DNA of 64,000 nucleotides from an uncultured Chloroflexia bacterium (GCA_963724635.1 CAVRVI010000006.1:129780-193779), one strand, 5' to 3'; positions 45,784 to 57,048 are shown, numbered from the stretch's first letter. A program made the numbers and translations. The notes: generated by a model not told the origin, from the letters alone.

Positions 45784-46214
45784 TGCAAACGAGCCGCGCC
45801 GCGTCTGGCGACTGGGCCTCGGTCCGCGGCCTGCTGACCGAGGCTGGTCTGCCTCTTGACGGCGCGGAGGAAGCGTTCGCAACGGGCGTGGTCGCCAGCG
45901 ATGGCGATCGCCTTATCGGCTGTGCGGCGATCGAGCCGTACGACCGGGTCGCGCTTCTCCGCTCAGTCGCTGTGGTGTCCGACCAACGGGGGACGGGCGT
46001 CGGGACGAGTCTCGTCCGTGCGGTCGAGGACCTGGCGCGCGATCGCGGAGCGACGAGTCTCATCCTGTTGACGGAGACGGCCGAACTCTGGTTCAGCCGC
46101 CTCGGCTACGAGGTCATCGATCGCTCGACGGTGCCGGCCGATGTCGCGCGTTCGGTCGAGTTCGAGACCGCGTGCTCAACGACCGCGGTCGCGATGCAGC
46201 GAACCTTGCTCTAG
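45783..46214 (+). CDS. arsN2: GNAT-family N-acetyltransferase (ArsN2-type, arsenic-island associated)
   Basis: Intact 143-aa ORF with a start that overlaps the arsM stop (TGATG). The acetyl-CoA motif is VAVVSDQRGTGVGTSLV. The ArsN2 assignment rests on context plus recalled family features. Confidence 0.65.
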   Translation: MQTSRAASGDWASVRGLLTEAGLPLDGAEEAFATGVVASDGDRLIGCAAIEPYDRVALLRSVAVVSDQRGTGVGTSLVRAVEDLARDRGATSLILLTETAELWFSRLGYEVIDRSTVPADVARSVEFETACSTTAVAMQRTLL

Positions 46215-46340
46215 CCGTGCCGAGGATGCAGCGAGGACGAACGAGTCGCCGGCGAGTGCCGGGCTACTCGTGCTGCGACGACGAGGAACCAGCGGCCTCA
46301 GCGCCCGAACACCCGTCGGCCCTCTGCTCGGAGCACCGCC

Positions 46341-47265
46341 ATGTCCCGCTCACCAATCGCACCGCGTGACCTCGCCGCGCTGATCCTCGCCGCCACCTGC
46401 TGGGGTGTCGGGACCGTCATCAGCAAGGCGGCTCTCGACGAGATCTCGCCCTTCACGCTCCTGCCGATCCAACTTGCCGCCAGCCTCGCGGTCCTGGCCG
46501 TCGTGATGCGTTCTCAGGGGATTTCGTTTCGGACCGAAGGCTCGCCGCTGCTCGGTCGGCTCGGTCTGCTCAATCCGGGTCTCGCCTATGCGCTGGGCCT
46601 GATCGGGCTGACCACCATCACGGCCAGCCTGTACGTCCTGCTCTGGGCCTTCGAGCCGCTGATGATCTTGTTCCTGGCGGCCTGGTTCCTGCGCGAGCGG
46701 ATCACGCCGGCCTTCATCGCCTTGTCCCTCATCGCGGTCGCGGGCATGGTCGTCGTCCTCTACGACCCATCGGCGAGCAGCAGTCAGTTGATCGGGGTGA
46801 GCCTGACGCTCGTCGGGATCCTGTGCTGCGCGATCTACTCCGTCGTCACCCGACGATGGATCCCGGATGCCAAGGAGACGAGCCAGGTGGTGCTATCCCA
46901 GCAGGCGCACGCCCTCGTGCTGGCCATCGGGCTCGTTCTCGTGGTCGGCCTGGCCGGCGGCCAGATCGTGCCGACGGCAATGACACCGCTTGGCCTCGCC
47001 AGCGCCATCGGCTCTGGCGTCCTGTACTACGCCGGCGCGTACTGGTTCTACCTCGGCGCTCTACGCCACGTCCCGGCCTCGTATCGCGGCGCTGTCGTTC
47101 TACCTGATCCCGATCGTCGGAGTGACCGCAGGAGCGCTCCTGCTCGGGGAGCGGCTCGAGGCCCAGCAATGGGTCGGCGCGATCATCGTCCTCGGCGCCA
47201 TCCTGGCCATCCTCCGCCTGCCGTCGGCCGCACCCGAGGAGTCGACCGCCGGCGCCGTGGCCTGA
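46341..47265 (+). CDS. EamA/DMT-family transporter, one frame interruption (~47082)
   Basis: ORF 46341.. encodes nine helices up to ...YLGALRHVPAS. The last helix and C-terminus (IAALSFYLIPIVGVTAGALLLGERLEAQQWVGAIIVLGAILAI) are in ORF 46990..47265. Confidence 0.8.
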
Positions 47266-47319
47266 CGACGGAGGACCCAGCAGCTCTACCCTATGCCCAC
47301 CCGGCATGACCTGGCATTG

Positions 47320-47360
47320 AGCTTGGAAGGCTGCCGCTCTACCGACTGGGCTACTCCCGC
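47320..47360 (-). pseudogene. Orphan 5' half of tRNA-Gly (positions 1-41) with the upstream promoter-like flank (to ~47390)
   Basis: 47320-47390 aligns with 42635-42705 (first 24 nt identical, ~88% overall). Similarity stops inside the 3' strand of the anticodon stem, and no T-arm or 3' acceptor follows. Confidence 0.7.
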
Positions 47361-47478
47361 TCGGGTCGCGCCTGCGGCTGATACCGGACCGTGCGGGCAC
47401 CTCCGTCCGTTCTGCTGACCTTCGGCACTGGTCGACCGCCCCCCCGGTCGACCACGCTGAAGACCTGCAGGAGGTCAC

Positions 47479-47877
47479 GTGATGACATTCATCGGCGACA
47501 TCGTGGCGCGGACGCGCGCCAATCACATGTTCCGCGAGGTCGTGGCGACCGGGCCGCACAGCCAGGTCGTCGTGATGAGCATCCCGCCAGGCGGCGAGAT
47601 CGGCGAAGAGGTCCACGACACCATCGATCAGGTGCTCGTGATCGTCGACGGCGAGGCCGACACCGTCATCGACGGCATCGCGACCCTGGTCGGACCCGGC
47701 GAACTCATCCAGGTCCCCGCCGGCACGCGCCACAACGTGGTCAATCGAGGGCTGCACGACCTGCGCCTCTACACGGTCTACGCACCACCTGGCCACGCGC
47801 CCGGGACGATGCACCGGACGAAGGCGGAAGCGGACGCCGACGAGGCCGACCACCACGCGGCGGTCGCGGTCGGCTGA
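47479..47877 (+). CDS. Cupin-domain protein
   Basis: Intact 132-aa ORF with GEIGEEVHDTIDQVLVIVDGEA...VPAGTRHNVVN (cupin motifs 1 and 2). Confidence 0.75.
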   Translation: MMTFIGDIVARTRANHMFREVVATGPHSQVVVMSIPPGGEIGEEVHDTIDQVLVIVDGEADTVIDGIATLVGPGELIQVPAGTRHNVVNRGLHDLRLYTVYAPPGHAPGTMHRTKAEADADEADHHAAVAVG

Positions 47878-47917
47878 CCGAGGGCGAGCGGCGCACGACC
47901 AGGGGGGCGGCGGCCCG

Positions 47918-49557
47918 CTACTGGACGGTCGAGTCCGTGAAGGTGATCTTCTTGCCCAGGAAGAAGATGCCGGGATGGGTCTGGAACCCGTCGCCGGTGT
48001 TGTCGCGCAGCACGGACTCGACGATCTCGACGGACCCCGAGCGGTCGTTGCTCACGAAGAAGATCGCGCTGCCGCCCTCGCCATTCGACCAGTTGTCCTC
48101 CATCAGCGTGCCGACGACCCGCAGCGTCATCGTGTTGCCGTCGTTGTAGATGGCGCCCCCGTTCCCTCCGCCGGGCAGCCCGTTCTTGGGCGGGTTGGCC
48201 CCGCTGCCGATCGCGCGGTTGTCGCGAAACAGGCTGTTGATGATCGTCCACGACACGCCGATGCTCGAGATCCCGCCGGCGTTCGAGCACTCGTTGCGCA
48301 GCGGCGTTCGGGGCGCCGAACGTGCTGTTCACGACATAGACCGGCCGGCCCTCGAACTGTGAGAACACCTGGATCGACGCGCCACCGATGTCCGGCCCGG
48401 TGGACGCGCACCGGTTGCCATAGAACTGCGACTGGACGACCTTGAACCGGCCACCCCGGACGAAGATCGCGCCGCCGCCGTCCATCGTCTCGGTGCCGGC
48501 GGAACGCCCGTTCACGAACCGCAGGCGCTGCACGGTCAGGGTCGGGTGGTCCTGGTTCTGGCAATGGGACGTGGTCCAGACGAGATCCGGGTCGCACGTA
48601 TTCATGTACAGGATCCGCCGGGCACTCTGGCCATCGAGGGTGACGAGACCCCCGCCGTCGATGACGACATCCGGCTTGTCGTTGAAGACCTTCGCCGTCG
48701 CGTTCATCGCGATGGTCACGGGGTTCGGACCGCAGTCGAAGGTGATGACGCCACCCTGGGCGACCGCGTTCACGACGGCCGCCGAGGTGCAACTCCCTGG
48801 GGTCCCGGTGCCCACGACATGGTCCGGGTCCGAGGTGTCGACCGGGCGCGCCGCCGAGCGGGATCGGCGCATTGCCGGTCGGGTTGCCCGACGCGGGCGG
48901 CGGTGGGGTCACCGGAGTGAGCTCCAACGCGCGCTGCAGGAACGCCGCCATCTGCCCGCGAGTGACGACCTGGCCGGGACAGAACTTGCCATTGCCGCAA
49001 CCGGACGTGATGCCCGCGGTCGCGAGTCGGTTGATGTCGGCCGCGAACGGGTGATTCGACGGCACATCGCTGAACGAGACGCCGCTCGTCGCGGTCAGCG
49101 CCAGGGCGCGGACCAGGAACGCCGCCATCTGCCCGCGGGTCACCGCGTCGTTCGGGCAGAACCGGTCGTTGGCGGGCGGGTTGCAGCCCTTGGTGATGCC
49201 CGCGGTCGCGAGCTTGTCGATATCGACCGCGAACGTCCCCGATACATCGGTGAAGTCGGACCCGCCGGTCGCCGTCAGCCCAAGACCTCGGACCAGGAAG
49301 GCCGCCATCTGCGCCCGGGTGACGGAGTCCCGCGGGCAGAACAGGTCGTTGAGGGGCGGGTCGCAGCCGCGGGTGATGCCGGCGGCGGCGACCGCCTCGA
49401 TCGCGCCCTCGAAGATCGACCCGTTGTCGTCGATGAAGGTGCCGCCCGGCGGGAGGGCCGCACTCGCGGGCGGCGCCGCGGCGAACAGCCACGCGACGAG
49501 GGCGAGGACCGGGATCAGCGGGGAGCGTCGAAGGCTGGTCATCGGCAGGACGGCCAA
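47918..49557 (-). CDS. Secreted cell-wall protein, two frame interruptions (~48850, ~48300). It consists of a signal peptide, three SLH-type repeats and a right-handed beta-helix domain with Pmp-like GGAI/FxxN repeats
   Basis: Parts, N to C:
- Signal: MTSLRRSPLIPVLALVAWLFAAAPPASA.
- Three repeats of F.D....F..DI..LA.AGIT.GC......FCP...VTRGQMAAFL.RAL.
- Beta-helix part spread over ORFs 47778..48872 and 47918..48256: GGGAIFVRGG..FYGN, NGGAIYNDG, GGSAIFFVSND. Confidence 0.75.
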
Positions 49558-49655
49558 CCTAGCAGAGCGCCCCGGCGAGCTGTAGGGGTGGCGAGTACCG
49601 GTCGTCGCCGCTGGTCGTACCGCGCGTGGAGGGTGCCGGGATCACGGGCGGGCGT

Positions 49656-49675
49656 GGCGGGCGTTTCCGCCCGCC
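49656..49675 (-). terminator. GC hairpin GGCGGGCG-TTTC-CGCCCGCC just downstream of the ACT-domain gene
   Basis: Seen directly 7 nt past the stop at 49682 (minus strand). There is no clear U-tract. Confidence 0.45.
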
Positions 49676-49681
49676 GATCCG

Positions 49682-50071
49682 TCAGCCCTTGCGCTCGAGG
49701 ATCGGGCGCGCGATGTCCGGCTTGTCGACCACGAATGCGAACATGGCCCGGTCGCCCCATCGACCCAGGAACAGATGCCCGTAGATGTTCACGCCCGCGT
49801 CCGCGAGCGCCCGCGAGAGGCGAGCCATGCCACCGGGCCGATCATCGACCTCGGTGACGAGCGATTCGCCCTCGATGAACTCGTAGCCATGGGCCTCGAG
49901 GATCGCCTTGGTCGCCTCGTCGTCCGCGGTCGTCATGATCACGTGGCCAGAGTCGCCGATGCTCCCGCCGCCGATCGCGCGCAGGTCGACGCCACCGGCC
50001 GCGAGCGCCTCGGCCAGGGTCGCCATGGCGCCGGGCTCGTTCTTGAGCTGGACGACGAACTGATTGGCCAT
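49682..50071 (-). CDS. ACT-domain protein (two ACT-like halves)
   Basis: Inner ATG at 50071 of ORF 49682..50578 gives MANQFVVQLKNEPGAMATLAEALAAGGVDL...LVTEVDDRPGGMARLSRALADAGVNIYG. Confidence 0.7.
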   Translation of the reverse strand: MANQFVVQLKNEPGAMATLAEALAAGGVDLRAIGGGSIGDSGHVIMTTADDEATKAILEAHGYEFIEGESLVTEVDDRPGGMARLSRALADAGVNIYGHLFLGRWGDRAMFAFVVDKPDIARPILERKG

Positions 50072-50224
50072 GACGGTCTGGGTCCTCCGGCGGCGGGTGC
50101 GGGTGTGTGCTGACGGTGATTCTACTCGGCGCGTGTGGCCGTTCGTCGGGACGGCCCATGGCACGCGCCTCGGCGGCCCGCGACACCGGCCCATGGTGCT
50201 GGCCCCGGATGCTACGGTCCGGGC

Positions 50225-51083
50225 ATGACCGAGTTCTCCCTGCCGGCCGGTGCCGCCGCGGCCCTCGATGACCCCGCCGAGGGCGAGCGCGTCACGATCA
50301 ACGCCGCCGGGATCCCGTTCGCGGCGCTCACCTGGGGCGATCCGGCGGCGCGGCCACTGCTGCTGATCCACGGCGTGACCGGCTCCGCGGCCAACTGGTG
50401 GCGGCTCGGGCCGGCCTTCGCGGCCACCGGGCGGTACGTGGTCGCTGTGGATCTGCCCGGTCACGGCGGGACAGGCCACTGGACCGGCCACCATCGATTC
50501 CGCGACAACGCCGTCGATGTCGCCGCGTTCGCCGAGGCGGCCGGGCTCGTGACGCCGGCCCTGCAGGTGATCGGGCATAGCTGGGGTGCGATGACCGCGG
50601 CCGCGCTGCCGGTCGCCGGCCTGCGTCCCGCGACCCTCGTCCTGCTCGACCCGCCCGCCGCGCCACGCGCCATCATGGCGGCCATGGCCGACGACCCGGA
50701 CTCACGGCCCTATGCCGACCTGGATGAGGCACTCACCGCGGTCCGTCGCGCAGAACCCCGCCTGGCACGACGGCGATGTCCTGGCCAAGGCCACGGCCCT
50801 CACGCATCTGGATGCGGCCGCGGCGCGGGCCGTGCTGACAGAGAACGGCGATTGGGATGGCGGCCTCGCGGACCTCGCCGACCCGGCCACGGCCGGGATC
50901 CCGGTCTGGCTCGTCCGGGGCGACCCGACGGCCGGTGGCCTCGTGCCGGACGCGGCCCTCCCCGGGTTCGTGGCCCGCCTCGGCACCGATCACGTGATCA
51001 CCATCGCGGGCGGTCCGCACTCCCCACAGCGGGTCCACCCGGTCGCGACGACCGCAGCCCTCCTCCACGCCCTGGAGGCCTGA
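50225..51083 (+). CDS. Alpha/beta-fold hydrolase, one frame interruption (~50757, in a C4 run)
   Basis: The N-part (ORF 50135.., ATG 50225) carries LLLIHGVTGSAANWWRLGP and the nucleophile elbow VIGHSWGAM. The C-part (ORF 50712..51083) carries ...PVWLVRGDP...GGPHSPQRVHP. Confidence 0.75.
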
Positions 51084-51109
51084 CCGGACGGCACGTTGTC
51101 GATCGCGGT

Positions 51110-52595
51110 CTACGACCCGCGGTGGATCGCCACGGCGCGCCGGTACGCGGCCACATACAGCGGCGCGGAGCCCGTCGTCCAGTCGAAATCGACGGCCATC
51201 CCGCGATCCAGCAAGGCCTCCCAGCCCGCTCCTCCCCCGGCGCGCAGCGCGAACGCTCGCTCGCATGCCGCGACGAGTGCCTCCGTCGTCGGCTCGTCGA
51301 ACACGAACCCCGTGCCCGCGGCCGGATCCGCCGTCACGTCCACGACCGTGTCGGCCAGACCACCGGTGCGATGGACGATCGGCGGCGTGCCGTAGCGAAG
51401 CGAGATCATCTGCCCCTGGCCGCACGGCTCGAACCGCGACGGCATCGCGAAGAAGTCGGCGCCGGCGTAGATCCGTCGCGCCATCGCACGGTCGAACGCC
51501 TCGATGAACGCGACTCGTCCGGGCGACCGATGGGCCAGTTCCCGGAATGGGTCGGCCAGCGACGGATGCCCGGAGCCCTGCACGATCAGGCGGGCGCCCC
51601 GCGCCAGCAACGCCGGCGCCGCGCCGGCCAGCAGATCGAAGCCCTTCTGTGGATCCAGCCGGCCGATCATCCCGATCACCGGGCCGTCGTCGTCGGGATC
51701 GAGATCGTTGCGGGAGAGCAGGTCGGCCCGACACGCGGCCTGTCCGGACCGGTCGGCGCGGTCGTAGGGCGCGGCGAGATCGCCATCGGTCCGCGGATCC
51801 CAGACCGTGGTGTCCAGCCCGTTGAGGATCCCGATGAACCGGTCCCCGCGCGAGCGCAGCAACCCATCGAGCCCCATGCCGAAGGCCGGCGTGAGCGCCT
51901 CGGCCGCGTACCCGGGCGAGACGGTGTTGACGATCTCGGCCCCCTCGATCGCCGCGGCGAGCAGGTCGATGCCGTCGGGGTTCTGGCCGAACGCCGTCCC
52001 GCCGACCGGCAGCCCGAGCTGGGCGAGGCCGCTGTTGTACGTCCACCCGTGATAGGCGAGGTTGTGCAGGGTCGTGACGATCGCGGCGCCACCGATGATC
52101 GGGTCGTCGGCATAGCGAAGCGCCCGGAACACGGCCGCCGGACCCGCCTGCCAATCGTGGAGATGGAGCACGTCCACGGGCCGACCGTCGGCCCGCAGCG
52201 CCTCCATGGCTGCCCGGCAGTACAGCCCGAACCGCCAGGCGTTGTCGGCATAGTCGCCCGCGCCATCACCGTAGAACGCGGCCCGGTCGTAGGCCGGCGG
52301 GTGGTCCACGAGACGCAGTCGATAGCCGTTCGCCGCGACATCGATGATCGTCAGGTCGCTCGCACCGGTCGGTGCCCGCGGATCGGGCACGCGCAGGACC
52401 TCCTCGCCGAGCACCGCGTCGGGTGACGGGTCGGGCACACCGCGGTATCGCGGCAGGAACACGTCCACGGGACCGTCGATGTCGTCGGTCGAGGTGACCC
52501 AGCGAGCGCGCCAGCGCGTCGACGACGTCGGCGAGACCGCCCGTCTTCGCCCACGGCTCGCACTCGGCGGCAAGGAAGGCCACGCGCAGTCCCAT
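51110..52595 (-). CDS. glgA: Glycogen/starch synthase (GT5), one frame interruption (~52497)
   Basis: The N-terminus is in ORF 52266..52604: MGLRVAFLAAECEPWAKTGGLADVVDAL (KTGGL motif). The rest is in ORF 51110..52573: HLHDWQAG, GILNGLDTTVWDP, IGRLDPQKG and MPSRFEPCGQGQM...TGGLADTV. Confidence 0.85.
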
Positions 52596-52703
52596 GTGGC
52601 GCATGGTAGCCGCCGCGAGCGCGGCGACGACCGCCCGACGACCGGCCGTCGACCACGCTAAACCGGTTCACGTTCGCGGCATGACCCGGTATCATCCCCG
52701 GCC

Positions 52704-54888
52704 ATGGAACCCGTCAACGTCCCGTCGATCCCGGCGGCGAGCTTCCCACTTCCGCCGCGCCTCGAAGGGCTGCGACGCCTCGCGTACAACTACCACTGGG
52801 CCTGGCATCCCCGGACCCGGAACCTCTGGAGCCTCATCGACCGCGCGGCCTGGAACCGCTACCGCAACCCGATCCCGGTGATCAGCGGTCCGACCGACTG
52901 GACCCGCGTCCTCGACGACGAGAAGTTCATCGCCGAATACCACGACACGCTGGCCGCCTTCGACGACTACATGGCGAACGGCTCGGACAAGTGGTTCGGC
53001 CGCAAGCACGCCGAGAGCCTCGACGGCCCGATCGCCTACTTCTGTGCGGAGTACGGCATCCACGAGTCCCTGGGCATCTACTCCGGTGGCCTCGGGCGTC
53101 CTCGCCGGCGACCACATGAAGTCCGCGAGCGACATGGCCCTGCCGTTCATCGGTGTCGGGCTCCTGTATCGCAAGGGCTACTTCCGCCAGCAGATCGATG
53201 CGGACGGCCATCAGGAGCACAACTACCCCGACTACGACCTCAACCGCGTGCCGTTGTCGCGGGTCCAGGACCGCAACGGCCTGCCGCTGACCGTGACCGT
53301 CGAGCTGCCGGGCCGGGACCTGTCGGTCGCGGTCTGGATGGCCCAGGTGGGCCGGGTGCCGGTCCTGTTGCTGGACACGGATGTGGCGGAGAACGCGGTC
53401 GAGGACCGGCCGATCACCCACATCCTGTACGTCCGCGGCCGGGAGATGCGCCTCCACCAGGAGCTCGTGCTGGGCATCGGCGGCGTCCGCGCGATCCGCG
53501 AGCTGGACCTGTCCCCGGCCGTCTGGCACCTCAACGAAGGCCACTCGGCGTTCCTCCTCGCCGAGCGCGCGCGCGAGCACGTCGCGAACGGCCTTTCCCT
53601 CGAGGATGCCTGGGTCAAGGTCCGCCGCAACAGCGTGTTCACGATCCACACGCCGGTCTCGGCCGGCAACGAGCGGTTCGACGCCGACCTCGTTCGTCGC
53701 GTCGCCGGCCCGCTCCTGGATGGCGGCGGCGTGCCGATCGAACGGGTCCTGGACCTGGGCCTCGGCATGGACGGTGATCGCGGTCAGTTCGACATGACCG
53801 CCTTCAGCCTGCGGCTCACCAACGGCGCGAACGCCGTCAGCCACCTGCACGCCGAGACCGCGAACGGCACGTGGCAGGGCATCACGGACCACCAGATCCT
53901 GGGCGTGACCAACGGCATCCACGGCCCCAGCTGGGTCGGGACGCCGGTCCTGGAGCTGCTCTCCCGCCACCTCGACGCCGAGCTCGACGCGCTCGATGCC
54001 GGTTGCGCGCCAGGACCGATTCTGGGAGCGGCTCGAGGAGATCCCGCCGGACGATCTGTGGGAATCGCACATGCGCCAGAAGCGCGAGCTCGCGCTGTTC
54101 GCCCACGGGCGGTTGCGCAGCCAGCTGGCCCGCCATGGCGAGGCGCCCCACGTCCTCGCCGAGATCGAGAGCGCCCTCGACCCGGCCATCATGACCATCG
54201 GCTTCGCCCGGCGGTTCGCGACCTACAAGCGGGCCGGGCTGCTGTTCAGCGATATCGACCGGCTGGCACGCCTGCTCTGGGACGCCGACCGCCCGGTCCA
54301 GATCATCTTCGCGGGCAAGGCCCACCCGGCCGATCGCCCGGGCCAGCGGGTCATCCAGGAGATCTTCCAGCGCTCGCGGTCACCGCAGTTGCGCGGCCGG
54401 GTCTTCATCCTCGAGGACTACGACATCCGGGTCGGGCGGTTCCTCGTCCAGGGCGTGGACGTCTGGCTCAACAACCCGCGACGACCGCTGGAGGCGTCGG
54501 GCACGTCCGGCATGAAGGCCGCCCAGAACGGTGTCCCGAACATCAGCGTCCTCGACGGCTGGTGGGACGAGGGCTACACGGGCGACAACGGCTGGGCGAT
54601 CGGCGGTCGCGAGACCGACCCGGACGAGGCGGCCCAGGACTGGTCCGACGCCCAGGACCTGTACCGGTTGCTCGAGACCGAGCTGATCCCGGCCTGGTAC
54701 GACCGTGACAAGGCCGGCGTCCCGCGGCGCTGGACGGACACCATGCGCCGTTCGATGGCCACCGCGCTCTGGACGCTTCTCGACGACCCGCATGCTCCAG
54801 GAGTACACGGAGCGGCTGTATCTGCCGGCGGCCGGGCGTCCAGGTCGCGGAGGTCGCGCCACAGCCCGTGATCACGGAGGCTGGCTGA
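52704..54888 (+). pseudogene. glgP: Alpha-glucan phosphorylase (GT35, maltodextrin/glycogen phosphorylase-like), 3-4 frame interruptions (~53095, ~54005, ~54772, possibly ~54835)
   Basis: The gene is spread over ORFs 52704.., 53044.., 53996.. and 54705... Motifs are YFCAEYGIHESLGIYSGGLG|VLAGDHMKSASD, WHLNEGHSAF, VTNGIHGPSW, FARRFATYKR, EASGTSGMKAAQNG (PLP lysine) and FSTTRMLQEYTERLYLP. The first break is an extra G in a GGG run. The exact C-terminus is uncertain (54871-54888). Confidence 0.8.
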
Positions 54889-54895
54889 CACGACC

Positions 54896-57048
54896 GTGGC
54901 ACCGCGCATCTCGCTCGCGCTCGCCCTGCATAACCACCAGCCGGTCGGCAACTTCGGCTGGGTGTTCGCCGAGGTCTTCGACCAGGCCTACCAGCCGATC
55001 ATCGAGGCACTGGAGCGCCACCCGGGCGTCCGGTTGTCGCTCCACTACACGGGTCCCCTCCTCCGCTGGCTGATCGACGAGCGGCCCGATGCCATCACCC
55101 GGCTGCGGGCGCTCGTGGACCGCGGTCAGGTCGAGATCCTGGGCGGCGGCCTCTACGAGCCCGTCCTCGCCTCGCTGCCGGAGCGCGACCGGGTCGGGCA
55201 GCTGACGCGCATGGGCGACGAGCTCGAGGCGCTGTTCGGGCGACGGCCGCAGGGCGCCTGGCTGGCCGAGCGCGTCTGGGAACCGGACCTGCCGACCTCG
55301 CTGGTGGCCGGCGGGCTACCAGTGGACGATCCTCGACGACGCCCATTTCCGGGCGGCGGCCATCCCCGAGGAGGACCTCTGGGGCCCGTACACGACCGAG
55401 GACCAGGGGCACCTGCTGCGCGTCTTCGGCACCGAGCAGGGCCTGCGCTACCGCATCCCGTTCCGCCAGGTCGACGACGTCATCGACTACCTCCGCGATC
55501 CACGCCACCGAGGCCGGCGACCGGGTCGGGATGATGGGCGACGACGGCGAGAAGTTCGGCGCCTGGCCGACCACCTGGGAGCACTGCTGGGGCGAACGGC
55601 CGCTGGGTGGAGCGGTTCTTCGAGGCGCTCGAGGCGAACGCCGACTGGCTGACCACCACGACGCCGTCGGCCTGGCTCGCCGAGCACCAGCCCATCGGCC
55701 GCGTCTACGTCCCGACCGGCTCGTACGCCGAGATGGGCGAGTGGGCCCTGCCCGCGGCGGAGAGCCTCGTCTACACGGACCTCCTCCATCGCGCCGTGGC
55801 CGAGGGACGACCGGAGGCGCGCTGGCTGCGCGGCGCGTTCTGGCGCAACTTCCAGGTCAAGTACCGCGAGATCAACGACCTCCACAAGCAGATGCTGCGG
55901 GTGTCGGATGCGGTCGCCGCGATGCCGGCCGGCGCCGAGCGCGACCGCGCCCTGGACCACCTCCACCAGGGCCAGTCCAACGACTGCTACTGGCACGGCC
56001 TGTTCGGGGGCATCTACATCGGGCACATGCGACTGGCGACGTACGAGCACCTGATCGCGGCCGAGGACCTGGCGGAGGGCGCCACGGGCACGCCGGCGGT
56101 CGGCGGCGCTCGCCGATCTCGACATGGACGGGGTGGATGAGGTCCGGATCGCGGCGGACGGCCAGATCGATCACCGTGGACCTCGACGAGGGCGCGGGCA
56201 TCGGCGGCTGGGACATCCGACCCGTCCGCCACGCGCTGACGTCGGTGATGCGCCGCCGGCCCGAGGCCTACCACGATCTCCTGCGATCCCACCCGACGCC
56301 CGGCCGGAGGACGGCGAACAGGTCCAGCGACGATGGCGCGGCCTCCATCCACGACACGTTCCGGGTCAAGGAAGCCCGGCCTGGCGGACCTGCTCGTCTA
56401 CGACGCCTACGAGCGCCGCTCGTTCCTCGTCCGGGCGCTCGATCCCGCCACGGCCCCGAGGGATTGGGCCATGGCCAGCGCCATGGAGCTCGGCGACGCG
56501 GTCGATGGCGCGTTCACCCTCGTCGACCTGGGCGCAGGATCGAGTCGTCGCCCGACGCGAGGCATCGATCGCGGCGCGCGGTGACCGTCACCAAGTCGAT
56601 CATCCTCGGTGGCGACCGGCGCTCACCGACGCTGGAATGCGACGTCGTGCTGGAACACCGGAGCGGTCCCGTCGATCGACGTCCGCCTCGGCGTCGAGTG
56701 GTCGCTCACGATGCTCGGCGGTGGCGGCAACCCGGCCGCCTGGTGGGAGGTCGCGGGCGCCCGCGTCGGCCACGACACGCGCGGCGAGGCCACCGGCGTG
56801 ACGACGCTCGCCCAGGGCAATGACTACATCGGCATCGACCTGCGGACCTCGCTCGACGTGCCCGCCGACGCCTGGTGGGCGCCCATCGAGACCGTCTCGA
56901 ACTCCGAGAGCGGCTACGAACGCGTCTACCAGGGCGGCGCGCTGCTGCTCTCGTGGCCGCTGCGCCTGCGCCGCGGGCGAGCGCTGGAGCCGGATCATCC
57001 GCCATCGCGGTCACGACGACCCGCGACCGAACCGCCGAAGGCACGTGA
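54896..57048 (+). pseudogene. GH57-family alpha-amylase/4-alpha-glucanotransferase-like protein (GH57 catalytic domain + DUF1925/DUF1926-like C-part), at least 7 frame interruptions
   Basis: Conserved stretches recovered across frames:
- LALHNHQPVGNF
- GQVEILGGGLYEP
- AWLAERVWEP
- WTILDDAHF
- MMGDDGEKFGAWP
- ERFFEALEANADWLTTTTPS
- YVPTGSYAEMGEWALP
- GQSNDCYWHGLFGGIY
- ITVDLDEGAGIGGWD
- LLVYDAYERRSFL
- VEWSLTMLGGGGNPAAWW
The proposed stop TGA 57046-48 overlaps the next gene's GTG. Confidence 0.75.
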
